A stretch of DNA of 64,000 nt from Lachnospiraceae bacterium (GCA_017503735.1 JAFVSN010000005.1:7628-71627); one strand, 5' to 3'; positions 42,847 to 52,421 are shown, counted from the stretch's first letter. Numbers and translations are program-made. The notes: generated from the sequence alone by a model not told the origin.

Positions 42847-43902
42847 ATGCGGAACAGGAAAAGCAATAGAACGCTGAAAAAGAGAGCGGTAGCTACCGGT
42901 CTCTTTCTTGGCATTCTGTGTACTTTGGGCGGGTGTGTACGACCGACGGTGCAGCCTACGGGGACGCCGGAACCTACAAAGGAGATTTCGGAGAACGTTA
43001 CGCAGTCACCCATAGAGGAAGTAACCCCGGTTCCTACCGTTACCCAACCGCCGGAAATAACCCCGGAACCGACTCGGGACGTGGAGATTCCTACGGGACG
43101 TCCCACACCTTCACTTCCTACGGGAGTGCCGGATGTTTCACCTACTCCGGTGACGGGCGGGGCGATTTCAGTAACGCCGGAAGTAACCCCGGAACCGACC
43201 GAGGCGCCGGAGGTGACCCCGGAACCGACCGAGGTCCCGGAAGTGACCCCGGAACCGACCGAGGCGCCGGAAGTAACCCCGAAACCGACCGAGGCACCGG
43301 AAGTGACCCCGGAACCGACCGAGGCGCCGGAAGTAACCCCGAAACCGACCGAGGCACCGGAGGTAACCCCGGAACCGACCGAGGCGCCGGAGGTAACCCC
43401 GAAACCGACCGAGGCGCCGGAGATAACCCCGGAGCCGACCGAGGCACCGGAGATAACCCCGGAGCCGACCGAGGCACCGGAGGTACAATCGGATTATGAG
43501 GTGTTGATACAAAACGGGTGGCAGCGGACAGAGGACTTCTTTGTGGGCCGGAGTATTTATTTTTCCGGAAGGTTTACGCAGACCGAATTGTTGACGGAAC
43601 CGGGACGATATGAGTATCGCTATACGACAACGGAGGATGCCGAGGCAGTTTTTTCGATCATCGGAGAAGAATTGCCGGTACAGACCTTTTTAGATGAATT
43701 GACACAAAAAGGACCGGCCTGTGAGATTACGAAGGAAGCAGAAGAAGATTACGGCTATCGATATACGGAACAGGGACGCGTGGTATTCGGTCGGGTCTAT
43801 GCCTGTTTTGTGGAAGAAAAAGAATATCGTATGCGGATTGAGATGTCATATTCGATAGGGACGGAATCTCAAACCGAGGAATATCGATTCTATTTGAAAT
43901 AA
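42847..43902 (+). CDS. Lipoprotein with a long (EVTPEPTEAP)n linker and a C-terminal globular domain of unknown function
   Basis: Signal peptide plus lipobox LGGC. About 10 near-identical decapeptide repeats. Confidence 0.6.
   Translation: MRNRKSNRTLKKRAVATGLFLGILCTLGGCVRPTVQPTGTPEPTKEISENVTQSPIEEVTPVPTVTQPPEITPEPTRDVEIPTGRPTPSLPTGVPDVSPTPVTGGAISVTPEVTPEPTEAPEVTPEPTEVPEVTPEPTEAPEVTPKPTEAPEVTPEPTEAPEVTPKPTEAPEVTPEPTEAPEVTPKPTEAPEITPEPTEAPEITPEPTEAPEVQSDYEVLIQNGWQRTEDFFVGRSIYFSGRFTQTELLTEPGRYEYRYTTTEDAEAVFSIIGEELPVQTFLDELTQKGPACEITKEAEEDYGYRYTEQGRVVFGRVYACFVEEKEYRMRIEMSYSIGTESQTEEYRFYLK
43171..43485 (+). repeat. About 10.5 copies of a 30-bp coding tandem repeat
   Basis: The unit GAGGCGCCGGAGGTGACCCCGGAACCGACC recurs every 30 bp from 43201 to 43470 with only 1-4 substitutions per copy. 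Partial copies flank the tract. Confidence 0.9.
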
Positions 43903-43934
43903 AAAACGGATGGAACGGAACAAAGGAGGATGTT

Positions 43935-44783
43935 ATGCAGGAAAAGCTGGAACAAATCATGCGACAGATTTACTTAATGTTATCAAACTGCGAAGAAAGT
44001 GCGTATTCATCGGAAGATCTGATTGTGCCGAAAAAAAGAATTTTTCAATTGTTGGAAGAATTAAATTATACGGTATATGATTTGATGGAACAATATGAGG
44101 GCACGGTAACGTCAAGAGAGAGGGGACTTGCGGAACACGAACATCGCATGGCAAAAATAAAAGAAGATGCGAAGGGACGTGCGGAAGATACCTATGCGGC
44201 TTCGTTGTTATATGCAAGAGAGATGTTTATGGATATGCGCAGAACCACGGAACAGCTTTGCCGGAATCTGAGAAAAGAATACAATGAGGCGTTGCGTAAC
44301 TACGAAGAGAGCCTTCGCTTTTTACAGGAAAACGAAGAGAGTACCGTGGCACAGATGAGCCTGATGATGGATGCAAAGAAATATCTTCGATTAATCGAAC
44401 AGCAGAATAAAGAGAAAGAAAAGGCAAATACCATGACGGAGGAGGAAAAGAAACGTCAGGAAGAATTCCTGAAAGAGCAGGCGGAGATTGCGGCTGCGGA
44501 AGCAACCTCGGAATTAAATCAAAAGTTGTCCGCTCCGATTGTGGTACAGGTAAATGAGCAACCGAAGGTACCGGAAGGCTTCGGCAAAAAGCAGGGAAAG
44601 AAGAAAAAGTATACCCCGAGCCAGGCATTGGAAGAAACCGTGGTGGAAGGAGAAGGTGTAGTGACTCCGAATTTGCCGGATGCAGATACCTTGGACGAGG
44701 AGTATTTCGAGTGGCGGCAGGAACAGGAAGGGAATGAGAAACAGGTAAAAAAAGGCGGTAAGAAGTTTTTTGGAAAGCGGTAA
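43935..44783 (+). CDS. Coiled-coil, Lys/Glu-rich protein of unknown function
   Basis: RBS AAAGGAGG. The sequence has a heptad-like charged pattern and a basic C-terminal tail. Confidence 0.5.
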   Translation: MQEKLEQIMRQIYLMLSNCEESAYSSEDLIVPKKRIFQLLEELNYTVYDLMEQYEGTVTSRERGLAEHEHRMAKIKEDAKGRAEDTYAASLLYAREMFMDMRRTTEQLCRNLRKEYNEALRNYEESLRFLQENEESTVAQMSLMMDAKKYLRLIEQQNKEKEKANTMTEEEKKRQEEFLKEQAEIAAAEATSELNQKLSAPIVVQVNEQPKVPEGFGKKQGKKKKYTPSQALEETVVEGEGVVTPNLPDADTLDEEYFEWRQEQEGNEKQVKKGGKKFFGKR

Positions 44784-44836
44784 ATGTTGCCTCTCAACAG
44801 GTTTTGTTCGTAAAATTAAAAAAATAAAAAAAGTTG

Positions 44837-44868
44837 TTGACAATTAAAAGAAAAGGTGTTAGTATAAT
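44837..44868 (+). promoter_or_regulatory. Promoter for the tRNA-Leu pair
   Basis: TTGACA (44837-44842), then either a 17-nt spacer to TGT-TAGTAT (extended -10) or a 20-nt spacer to TATAAT (44863-44868). The first tRNA starts at 44879. Confidence 0.6.
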
Positions 44869-44878
44869 AGGGCAGTTC

Positions 44879-44962
44879 GCAGTTGTGGCGGAATTGGCAT
44901 ACGCGCATGATTCAGGTTCATGTCCACGTACGTGGGTAGGGGTTCAAGTCCCCTCAACTGCA
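44879..44962 (+). tRNA. tRNA-Leu, anticodon CAG
   Basis: Manual cloverleaf: acceptor GCAGTTG/CAACTGC, A73, anticodon stem CATGA/TCATG, loop TTCAGGT (anticodon 44913-44915), a long variable arm and T-loop TTCAAGT. No CCA is encoded. Confidence 0.9.
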
Positions 44963-45001
44963 TCGTACCGTATGCAAAACAATGTGAGGTGCGTATTATA
45001 T

Positions 45002-45084
45002 GCGGAAATGCTGGAATTGGCAGACAGGCATGACTAAGGATCATGTGGTCCCCGACCGTGAGGGTTCAAGTCCCTTTTTCCGCA
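45002..45084 (+). tRNA. tRNA-Leu, anticodon AAG (A at wobble position 34)
   Basis: Manual cloverleaf: acceptor GCGGAAA/TTTCCGC, A73, D-stem CTG/CAG, anticodon stem CATGA/TCATG, loop CTAAGGA (anticodon 45036-45038, G37), variable-arm hairpin GGTC/GACC and T-arm GAGGG-TTCAAGT-CCCTT. Confidence 0.85.
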
Positions 45085-45096
45085 TTATAAAATTGT

Positions 45097-45138
45097 AAAC
45101 GGCAGTATCCTGTTTGGGATACTGCCGTTTTGTGTTTG
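45097..45138 (+). terminator. Intrinsic terminator after the tRNA pair
   Basis: AAACGGCAGTATCC / GGATACTGCCGTTT followed by TGTGTTT. Confidence 0.8.
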
Positions 45139-45236
45139 AAAAAATGTGTTAAAATCGTAGGAAATGAGTGAAACGGTGCTATCCTTAAAGAACCGTTTGC
45201 TCAGAAACGAGAAAATCATACAGAAATAGAGGAAAA

Positions 45237-46253
45237 CTATAGATTTTCCCTAAAAAACCGGAATGCGTTCATATAAAAAATTTTTTCGATTTGATAAGAG
45301 GAAAAACCGGAATGACGCAGTGCATGTTCGAACCGGTACAGGAAGGTGACATCCGGAATGGCAGCGTTTCCCGGAGCGCCGTCAAAATCCGTTCCCAGTG
45401 CCGGAGTGTCGGAGCCGGCAACCGAAAGGATGTGTTTTGTGTGATGTACCAGAAAAGACAGCACCTGTTCCGGAGAAGAGGGTGAGGGACCCAGGAACGG
45501 TTCGTGAAGATTCAGACCGACGATGCCGCCCCGGGATGCGATGATACGAAGCATGGCATCCGAAAGGTTACGGGGAACGTTCCACACGGTGCGGGCATTG
45601 GAATGACTGGCAAGAAAGGGTTTTTGACTATGGCGGGCCACATCACAAAAAGAAGCATCGGATAAGTGGGATACATCAATCAGAATCCCTAATCGTTCCG
45701 CTTCACACACATAATCAATGCCGGACGGACTTAATCCGGGATGTTTTGAGACAGGTTGCAATAATCCGGAAGAAAGAGAAGAAATTTTCGGTGTGGACAG
45801 AGGAATGGTATGGTTTGCGGCGGTGGCTAACAGATTGTGATAATCCCAGGTGAGAGTGGCCATGCGGACACCCATAGAACGAAATGCGGGAAGCAGGGAA
45901 ACCGGAGCGGGAGAAAGACAGCTTTCTTCCATTGTTAAAAGTGCTCCGATTTTTTTGTCCTTTTTACAGGCAAGGAGTTCCGATTTGTTTTGAACCTGTA
46001 CCATTTTCCCTTTGGAGAGAGCCAGAATGCGTCGGAAGGTATCATACTGTGACCGGACGGAGGAAAGGGGTGTGGGAGAGGAAGGATCACATAAGTCCGT
46101 GAACATGGCAAAACATTGCAGAAGAGAGCCGGAAGAGAGAAGGCCTTCATAAAACAGATGGGAGGCGGCACTTTTTTTGGGAAGGAAAAATCGTTCCGGA
46201 ACGTTGGCTAAACGATAGAGGGTATCACAGTGTAAATCGATGAGAGGAGTCAT
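45237..46253 (-). CDS. Membrane dipeptidase (peptidase family M19)
   Basis: N-terminal IDLHCDTL and later HSNAR and DFDG motifs characteristic of M19 dipeptidases. Confidence 0.8.
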   Translation of the reverse strand: MTPLIDLHCDTLYRLANVPERFFLPKKSAASHLFYEGLLSSGSLLQCFAMFTDLCDPSSPTPLSSVRSQYDTFRRILALSKGKMVQVQNKSELLACKKDKKIGALLTMEESCLSPAPVSLLPAFRSMGVRMATLTWDYHNLLATAANHTIPLSTPKISSLSSGLLQPVSKHPGLSPSGIDYVCEAERLGILIDVSHLSDASFCDVARHSQKPFLASHSNARTVWNVPRNLSDAMLRIIASRGGIVGLNLHEPFLGPSPSSPEQVLSFLVHHTKHILSVAGSDTPALGTDFDGAPGNAAIPDVTFLYRFEHALRHSGFSSYQIEKIFYMNAFRFFRENL

Positions 46254-46391
46254 GTAAATTCATCCGTTTTGTTTTGGTTATAATATGATATGTAAAAAAA
46301 GAAAAAATGAAAGAGGAAAAACAGAGAAAGAATGGACAAAACGTGAAAAAGGGAGTATACTGAAACTATATTATAGTCGAGGTGTCCCGAA

Positions 46392-46745
46392 GTGTCGGAA
46401 TTGTATGTGAAATTGAAGCCTTTTTTGGGCGATGAGCAGAAATTAATTGAGCGGATGGCCGGAAGGATGGATTTATGGGAAGAGTGTGTACTGCTCTTTC
46501 CGGGGCCGGAATTAATAGAAAAAACGGATAGTGCATTGCGTGAGGAAGACGGTACGGTGTTGTATCAGGAAGTTCACCGCCTGAAAGGAAATCTGGCGAA
46601 TTTTGGATTTGACCGGGCGGCGGAAAAAGCGTTCACTGTATTACAAGCGATAAAAGAGAAGGATATGGGAATCGTAAGACAAAGTTATACAGAACTTAGA
46701 GAAGAGTATTTACAGATTACAGAAAGGATAGGCGAGGTTAAATGA
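46392..46745 (+). CDS. Stand-alone Hpt (histidine phosphotransfer) domain protein
   Basis: HRLKGNLANFGF matches the Hpt HxxKG phospho-His motif. The start is GTG with RBS GAGGTG 7 nt upstream. ATGA overlap with the next gene. Confidence 0.6.
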   Translation: MSELYVKLKPFLGDEQKLIERMAGRMDLWEECVLLFPGPELIEKTDSALREEDGTVLYQEVHRLKGNLANFGFDRAAEKAFTVLQAIKEKDMGIVRQSYTELREEYLQITERIGEVK

Positions 46746-48652
46746 GACGTAAAAAGCTTGGGGTGATTATCGGATCCATAACACAGAATTTTTCCAGCAG
46801 AGTTTGTCAGACAATCAGCGCAAAGGCGGAAGAGTACGGATATGATGTGTACTTTTTTACCACCTTTAATTCCTATGGCGATAATTTGCTGTACGGAGAA
46901 GGCGAAAAGCAGATTTATTCCTTGGCAGACTACTCTAAATTAGACGGAGTTATTATCGCTGCGGACACATTAAATATTTCGGACGGCGGAGTTCCGCTGG
47001 TGGAACGTTTGAAAAAGTTATCTTGTCCGGTGGTTTCGTTACGTGTTCATTTTGACGATGTGTATAATATATCGGTGGATGAGTCTGTGTCCATGGAAAA
47101 GATGCTGCGTCACTTTATAGAGGTGCATCAGTTCCAGGATATTTGTTTTATGACCGGTAAGATGGATTTAGAAGATGCAAGGTTGCGTTTTTCCTGCTAT
47201 AAACGTATCATGGCAGAGTATGGGATTCCGGTAACCGATGATATGGTATTTTACGGAGATTATTGGAAGTTCAAGGGAAAAGAAGCCGTAGACCACTTCT
47301 TGTCGAGAAGAGTGAATACATATCCGGATGCCATTGTTTGTGCCAATGACTATATGGCGCTTGCGGTATGCAGAGAACTGGGGGAAAGAGGAATCCGTGT
47401 ACCGGAGGATATTTGCGTTTCCGGTTTTGATGATGTACTGGAGGCACAGCATTGTGAACCGCCGTTGACTACCATATCCGTAAATTTTGAGGAAATGGCG
47501 ATTCGTGCAGTGGAGTTGATCGATGAGATTGACCAGGGAATGAAACCGGATAAGGAGCAGCATGTTTCAACCCAGGATAAGTACCGCGGAAGCTGTGGTT
47601 GTAAGCGACATAAGGTAAAGAGTAAATGGTACAGCCTGACCGGTGAATTGGAAGAGAGAAAAGAGATTAACTACCAAACGATTTTTATGAATGCGGATTT
47701 GGAAGGTGTCACGGATGAGAAGGAATTATTAAATGTAGTACATAAATATCACCTTCGTAACAATGCTCAAAAATCCTGGATTTGTCTGTGCGATGAGACA
47801 GAAGAGTTGACCGAGGAAGAGAAGAACCTCGGCAGTACCCGTATGGAGTATACAAAAACCATGGTGCTTCGTGCGGTAAAGGGGGCCAATAACGCATTAC
47901 ATTTAATGAATAAGAAGTTTGAGAGAAGCGAACTTATTCCGGAAGACGAACGTAGCGAGTATGAAACGGGAAGTTTCTATTTTATACCGCTTCATTATAA
48001 AAACCATAACCTGGGATATGTGGCATGTACCTTTGAAAACTTCGGACATTATAATGATTTCCTGCAACCGTGGGCGATGAACTTTGCGGTGGCACTGGAG
48101 AATTATTCTCTGCATGAGCGATTAAACGCAATGAAGGACATCCGGAGACTTTATAAAGAAGATACACTGACCGGTATTTCCAATCGTCGCGGTTTTGAGG
48201 AACAGGCACGTAAGATTTACGGAGATGCCGGCTATTCCAGAAAACGGGTGGCGGTTATCAGTGTGGATATGGATAATCTGAAAAAGACCAATGATGCCTA
48301 CGGACATTCCGCCGGGGACGATTCGCTCTGTCGTATTGCAAAGGCCTTATCCATCGTGGCAGAAGGAAGAGACAATATAACTTATGCCCGTACCGGAGGC
48401 GATGAATTTGTAATGGTGTGTCAAATCGACCACCAAAACGAAGGTGCGGAACTTATTATGAAGATACGGGAAGAACTGCAAAAGATAAACGAGCGGGGCG
48501 GACAGCCGTATTATGCGGAGGTAAGTTGCGGTGTATATGAAGTAAAGGATACATCGAAGGTGGCACTTGCCCGTGCGTTGGAAATGAGTGATGAACGGAT
48601 GTATGAAGATAAGCGTCAAAGAAAGGCGCTTCAAAACGCGGGTGTAAGATAA
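46742..48652 (+). CDS. Cytoplasmic PBP1/LacI-type sugar-binding-like domain, central domain, then GGDEF diguanylate cyclase
   Basis: The N-terminal 270 aa resemble the LacI-family effector domain without its HTH (LGVIIGSITQNFSS...DAIVCANDYMALAV...VSGFDD). At the C-terminus, GISNRRGF and the active site GGDEF sit in ARTGGDEFVMV. No TM helix and no receiver domain. Confidence 0.8.
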   Translation: MRRKKLGVIIGSITQNFSSRVCQTISAKAEEYGYDVYFFTTFNSYGDNLLYGEGEKQIYSLADYSKLDGVIIAADTLNISDGGVPLVERLKKLSCPVVSLRVHFDDVYNISVDESVSMEKMLRHFIEVHQFQDICFMTGKMDLEDARLRFSCYKRIMAEYGIPVTDDMVFYGDYWKFKGKEAVDHFLSRRVNTYPDAIVCANDYMALAVCRELGERGIRVPEDICVSGFDDVLEAQHCEPPLTTISVNFEEMAIRAVELIDEIDQGMKPDKEQHVSTQDKYRGSCGCKRHKVKSKWYSLTGELEERKEINYQTIFMNADLEGVTDEKELLNVVHKYHLRNNAQKSWICLCDETEELTEEEKNLGSTRMEYTKTMVLRAVKGANNALHLMNKKFERSELIPEDERSEYETGSFYFIPLHYKNHNLGYVACTFENFGHYNDFLQPWAMNFAVALENYSLHERLNAMKDIRRLYKEDTLTGISNRRGFEEQARKIYGDAGYSRKRVAVISVDMDNLKKTNDAYGHSAGDDSLCRIAKALSIVAEGRDNITYARTGGDEFVMVCQIDHQNEGAELIMKIREELQKINERGGQPYYAEVSCGVYEVKDTSKVALARALEMSDERMYEDKRQRKALQNAGVR

Positions 48653-48672
48653 TAAAAGAATAAGAAAGAGAA

Positions 48673-48718
48673 ACGGAGCTGTTAAGGAAAAGAATCTTAC
48701 AGCTCCGTCTTTTATTTT
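48673..48718. terminator. Bidirectional terminator
   Basis: ACGGAGCTGT(T)AAG / CTTACAGCTCCGT followed by CTTTTATTTT. Confidence 0.75.
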
Positions 48719-48754
48719 ATATAAAGTGTCTTGCTGTAGGCAGAAAATTCAAAA

Positions 48755-49516
48755 TCAAAGGAAACCGCCGTCAAATCGGATGATTTGTCCGGTAAGATAA
48801 GACGGCATTTTTGTGAGAAGGAGCAGGGCATCCGCCACTTCTTCCGGAGAAGCGAACCGGTTTGCCGGGATTTCTTCAATAAGAGCTGCCCGCTCTTCTT
48901 CGGTAAAACAGCGGTTCATGTCGGTGTCGATAACTCCGCAGGCGAGGGCATTTACTGCAATGTTGCTTGGTGCAAGTTCTTTGGCAAGTGCAACGGTAAG
49001 GCCGTTCATGCCGGCTTTGGAAGCGGAATATGCAACTTCGCAGGAGGCACCGGAGCATCCCCAGACAGAGGATACATTCAGAATGACACCGCAAGGGGCA
49101 TGAGGAGGTATGTCCTCTCGATCCCGATTTTTCAGGAAGTAAGGAATGGCGGCACGGGAACAGTAAAATGCGGAAGATAAGTTATTGGAAAGCATGTGTT
49201 CCCATAATGCGTCATTGGTATCGGTGGTCAATTGAATCAGAGAGGCACCGGCGTTGTTAATCAAGACATCCAGACGACCGAATCGTTCCACCGTTTGAGA
49301 AACGAGAGCGGAAGGGAAAGAGGATTGTTGCAATTCTCCCTGTAAAAGCAGATGAGGTGCGCCGATGGTATCCAGCTCGGCAGCAAGGGAATCCAAAAGG
49401 TCGGTACGCGTGTGACAACATCCGGCAACAGCATACCCCTCCTTTGCAAACGCAATGGCACAGGCCCGTCCGATGCCACGGGAAATGCCTGTGATTAAAA
49501 CGGTTTTTTGAGACAT
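48755..49516 (-). CDS. Short-chain dehydrogenase/reductase (FabG-like)
   Basis: TGISRGIG cofactor motif, NNAG and YSASK catalytic motifs. RBS GGAGGT precedes ATG 49516. Confidence 0.8.
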   Translation of the reverse strand: MSQKTVLITGISRGIGRACAIAFAKEGYAVAGCCHTRTDLLDSLAAELDTIGAPHLLLQGELQQSSFPSALVSQTVERFGRLDVLINNAGASLIQLTTDTNDALWEHMLSNNLSSAFYCSRAAIPYFLKNRDREDIPPHAPCGVILNVSSVWGCSGASCEVAYSASKAGMNGLTVALAKELAPSNIAVNALACGVIDTDMNRCFTEEERAALIEEIPANRFASPEEVADALLLLTKMPSYLTGQIIRFDGGFL

Positions 49517-49701
49517 AATTACCTCCGGTTCCGACATAGCGAAATTTGTCTGTATTTTGAATGAAAAAAAATTTAATGACCATATTATTAATAATAGCAT
49601 GATATAGGGAAAGAATGCAACAGGGAAGAAGTTGTAAGAGGAGCGGATTGCACAGACGAAAAAAGTCTGTTATACTGGGGATGGGAATGAAAAGGAGGAG
49701 A

Positions 49702-50457
49702 ATGATGAAAAAAGGAAGTTTTGCGCTACGACTTTTTTTATATGCTTCTTTGTTCAGTTTGGTGTGGCTTGGAGGGTATGTGGCATTATCCGGTATTTTT
49801 GCGGTGCCGGAAGAACCGCTGAACACTACAATATCAGAAATAACGCCGACTCCCACGATTCCGGAGCCGGTATTTGCCCAGTGGTCTGTTTTGATTGTAA
49901 AAGATGAGGAGAAGGATGTGACAAGCTTTCTTCTGCGGTATGCCGACTTTCTGGCGGATACCCTTGTGTTCCTGGATGTTCCGGTGGATACGAAGGTGGA
50001 ACTTACCGCCGGAGGGCATGAAATGTTAAATGTGCATAATCCGGAAGTGCCCGATTTATTTATGGTGTCGGATTTGTGCCGGATTTTTTCCGAAGAGACT
50101 TGGTGTATGGCGGCAGAAGAAGTGGGAACCGTGTTTTTGGGAACAAGGCCGAAGGAAACTTATATCGTGGATGAGACGGTATATGATACCATTACGGAAA
50201 CCGTAGCGGGAGAGACCAGGTTTCTGCCTATGCTTTCCGTTAAGGAAACGATTGCGGCTATGACAAATCATGCGGTGACAAATGATACATTCCGTGATGA
50301 ACTGGTTTATTGGGAAAGCTACCAGGATGTGGACCGTGTTTTGTATATGGAACTGCCGGGCGAGAAATTCGCGGAGGAATTCCGGCCGGATACGGATGCG
50401 GTCCGGGGAATGGCAGAACGGTTTCGGCTTGGAGATTTTTCGGAGAGCGGCAGATAA
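49702..50457 (+). CDS. Membrane-anchored hypothetical protein
   Basis: RBS AAAGGAGG, then ATGATG (start at 49702 or 49705). An N-terminal TM helix. No recognised motif. Confidence 0.4.
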   Translation: MMKKGSFALRLFLYASLFSLVWLGGYVALSGIFAVPEEPLNTTISEITPTPTIPEPVFAQWSVLIVKDEEKDVTSFLLRYADFLADTLVFLDVPVDTKVELTAGGHEMLNVHNPEVPDLFMVSDLCRIFSEETWCMAAEEVGTVFLGTRPKETYIVDETVYDTITETVAGETRFLPMLSVKETIAAMTNHAVTNDTFRDELVYWESYQDVDRVLYMELPGEKFAEEFRPDTDAVRGMAERFRLGDFSESGR

Positions 50458-50469
50458 AAGGAGGCATAT

Positions 50470-50886
50470 ATGAAGAAGGGAAAAAAGTGGTTATTGGCGG
50501 GTCTCATGGTGTTGCTTGTTACGGGGGCATTTGCTACGGGGCATTATGCAGGTGCTGCGTCGAAGACCCCGGGAGGAATAAGCGATCCGTTGGTAACACT
50601 CGGTTATTTGGAAAAAAGATTGGCAACACAATGCAATTCCATGGAAAAGGTGAAGCTGGAGAAGGGAGAGAACCTGATTGGAGCAGAGGGCACCGAAATC
50701 ATTTTATTAGGCGGGTCTGTGACAGCTGCCGGCGGAGGTCTGGTAGATGTGACGCAAGGGAGCCTGACGAAAGAAAATACATCTATGTTTTTGTACCATA
50801 ACTACATAGTGACAGAGAAGGGAGCCGGGTGTGAAGCGTTGTCTGCCTGTACGGTATTCGTTTCCGGAGAATACACTGTGAAATAA
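50470..50886 (+). CDS. Small secreted/anchored hypothetical protein
   Basis: Signal-peptide-like MKKGKKWLLAGLMVLLVTGAFA, with RBS AAAGGAGG. Confidence 0.4.
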   Translation: MKKGKKWLLAGLMVLLVTGAFATGHYAGAASKTPGGISDPLVTLGYLEKRLATQCNSMEKVKLEKGENLIGAEGTEIILLGGSVTAAGGGLVDVTQGSLTKENTSMFLYHNYIVTEKGAGCEALSACTVFVSGEYTVK

Positions 50887-51151
50887 GCGAAAACAAATAA
50901 AATATTACACACTTTTCTGACAAGTTTGAATATAGCGTACGAAAAAGAAAATTTTCGAGTCTGTTCGGCGATAGTGCGTGAAAACAAGGCGCTGACAGGG
51001 AAGAAAGAACTGTGCAAATGTAACAAAAATAGAGGGTGGAATTTGGTTAAATGAGATATGGTATTTTATTTAAAAATAGTGTATCATATCAGTATGCTGT
51101 TTAGAGTAGAAAAGCAGAGAGAATTACACATTATTTTAGGAGGAAAAAGAA

Positions 51152-52279
51152 ATGGCAAGTTTATCGTTGAAGAATATCAACAAGACTTATCCGAACGGTT
51201 TCGTTGCCGTTAAGGATTTCAATCTTGAGATTGAGGATAAGGAATTCATCATCTTCGTAGGCCCGTCCGGTTGTGGTAAGTCCACCACCTTACGTATGAT
51301 TGCAGGTCTTGAAGAAATCACCGGAGGAGAACTTTACATCGGCAACAAGCTTATGAACGATGTGGAGCCGAAGGACAGAGATATCGCGATGGTATTCCAG
51401 AACTACGCATTGTATCCGCATATGTCCGTATATGACAATATGGCATTCGGTTTGAAGTTAAGAAAGACTCCGAAGGAAGAAATTAAGAGACTTGTAAGCG
51501 AAGCTGCAAGAATTCTTGATATCGAGCATTTGTTAGACCGTAAGCCGAAGGCTCTTTCCGGTGGTCAGAGACAGCGAGTAGCAATGGGTCGTGCAATCGT
51601 ACGTAATCCGAAGGTATTCCTCATGGATGAGCCGCTTTCCAACTTGGATGCAAAGCTCCGTGTACAGATGCGTATTGAGATCTCCAAGCTTCATCAGAAG
51701 CTTCAGACCACCGTTATCTACGTTACCCATGACCAGACTGAGGCTATGACCCTTGGTACCAGAATCGTAGTTATGAAGGACGGTGTAATCCAGCAGGTAG
51801 ATACTCCGCAGAACCTTTATGATAAGCCGCAGAACTTGTTCGTTGCAGGTTTCATGGGATCTCCGCAGATGAACTTCATTGATTGTGATGCTGTAGAGGA
51901 AGACGGTGTTGTATTACTTAAGTTCGGTAACCACTCCATTAAGCTCAATGATAAGAGAGCACAGAAGTTAATCGATGGCGGATATACCAACGAAGAGTTC
52001 CCGAAGAAGGTTGTTCTTGGTATCAGACCGGAGGACATTAAGGATGAGGAGAGCTTCATCAATATGTCCAAGGACAGCAGCTTAGAAGCTACCGTTCGTG
52101 TATACGAGCTTCTCGGTGCAGAAGTATTCTTATACTTCGATATCGATGAGACCATTCCGGTAACCGCACGTGTGAACCCGCGTACCACTGCAAGACCGGG
52201 TGATACCATCACCATCGCATTCGACTTAACGAAGATACATATCTTCGATAAGGAGACCGAGCAGATTATTTCTCACTAA
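51152..52279 (+). CDS. Orphan sugar-ABC-importer ATPase of the MalK/MsmK/UgpC type
   Basis: Walker [10 protein letters not shown], signature LSGGQRQRV, Walker [12 protein letters not shown] and a C-terminal MalK-type regulatory domain. No adjacent permease or binding-protein genes. Confidence 0.85.
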   Translation: MASLSLKNINKTYPNGFVAVKDFNLEIEDKEFIIFVGPSGCGKSTTLRMIAGLEEITGGELYIGNKLMNDVEPKDRDIAMVFQNYALYPHMSVYDNMAFGLKLRKTPKEEIKRLVSEAARILDIEHLLDRKPKALSGGQRQRVAMGRAIVRNPKVFLMDEPLSNLDAKLRVQMRIEISKLHQKLQTTVIYVTHDQTEAMTLGTRIVVMKDGVIQQVDTPQNLYDKPQNLFVAGFMGSPQMNFIDCDAVEEDGVVLLKFGNHSIKLNDKRAQKLIDGGYTNEEFPKKVVLGIRPEDIKDEESFINMSKDSSLEATVRVYELLGAEVFLYFDIDETIPVTARVNPRTTARPGDTITIAFDLTKIHIFDKETEQIISH

Positions 52280-52300
52280 TTTTGGTTCGAAATCTTTTAG

Positions 52301-52342
52301 TTGCACGAGTATGGCATTTGCCCTGCTCGTGCAATTTTTTTG
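52301..52342 (+). terminator. Intrinsic terminator
   Basis: TTGCACGAG / CTCGTGCAA followed by T7. Confidence 0.8.
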
Positions 52343-52421
52343 TTCGTTTTGTTGACTTTTTCGGGGGCGAATGATAAACTGACAATAGTGGAGAAGTGTT
52401 GCTACGCGAAAAGGAGGACAT

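Noticed and set aside
43142-43512. Alternative-frame and antisense ORFs (111-193 aa) over the 30-bp repeat tract, and the question of whether this tract could be a CRISPR array
   Set aside because: The repeats are contiguous with no spacers, sit in frame within a lipoprotein gene and encode (EVTPEPTEAP)n. There are no cas genes. It is not CRISPR and the extra ORFs are repeat artefacts.
44784-45236. The tRNA pair as a possible integration hotspot or genomic-island boundary
   Set aside because: No integrase, direct repeat of a tRNA 3' end or mobile-element gene is visible on either side within the window. The flanking genes look like ordinary chromosomal genes.
50887-51151. A possible CcpA cre site or riboswitch in the 265-bp region upstream of the MsmK-type ATPase
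   Set aside because: The closest candidate, TGAAAACAAGGCGCTGACA, does not fit the cre consensus (WTGNAANCGNWNNCW) well. I could not fold a convincing conserved structure by eye.
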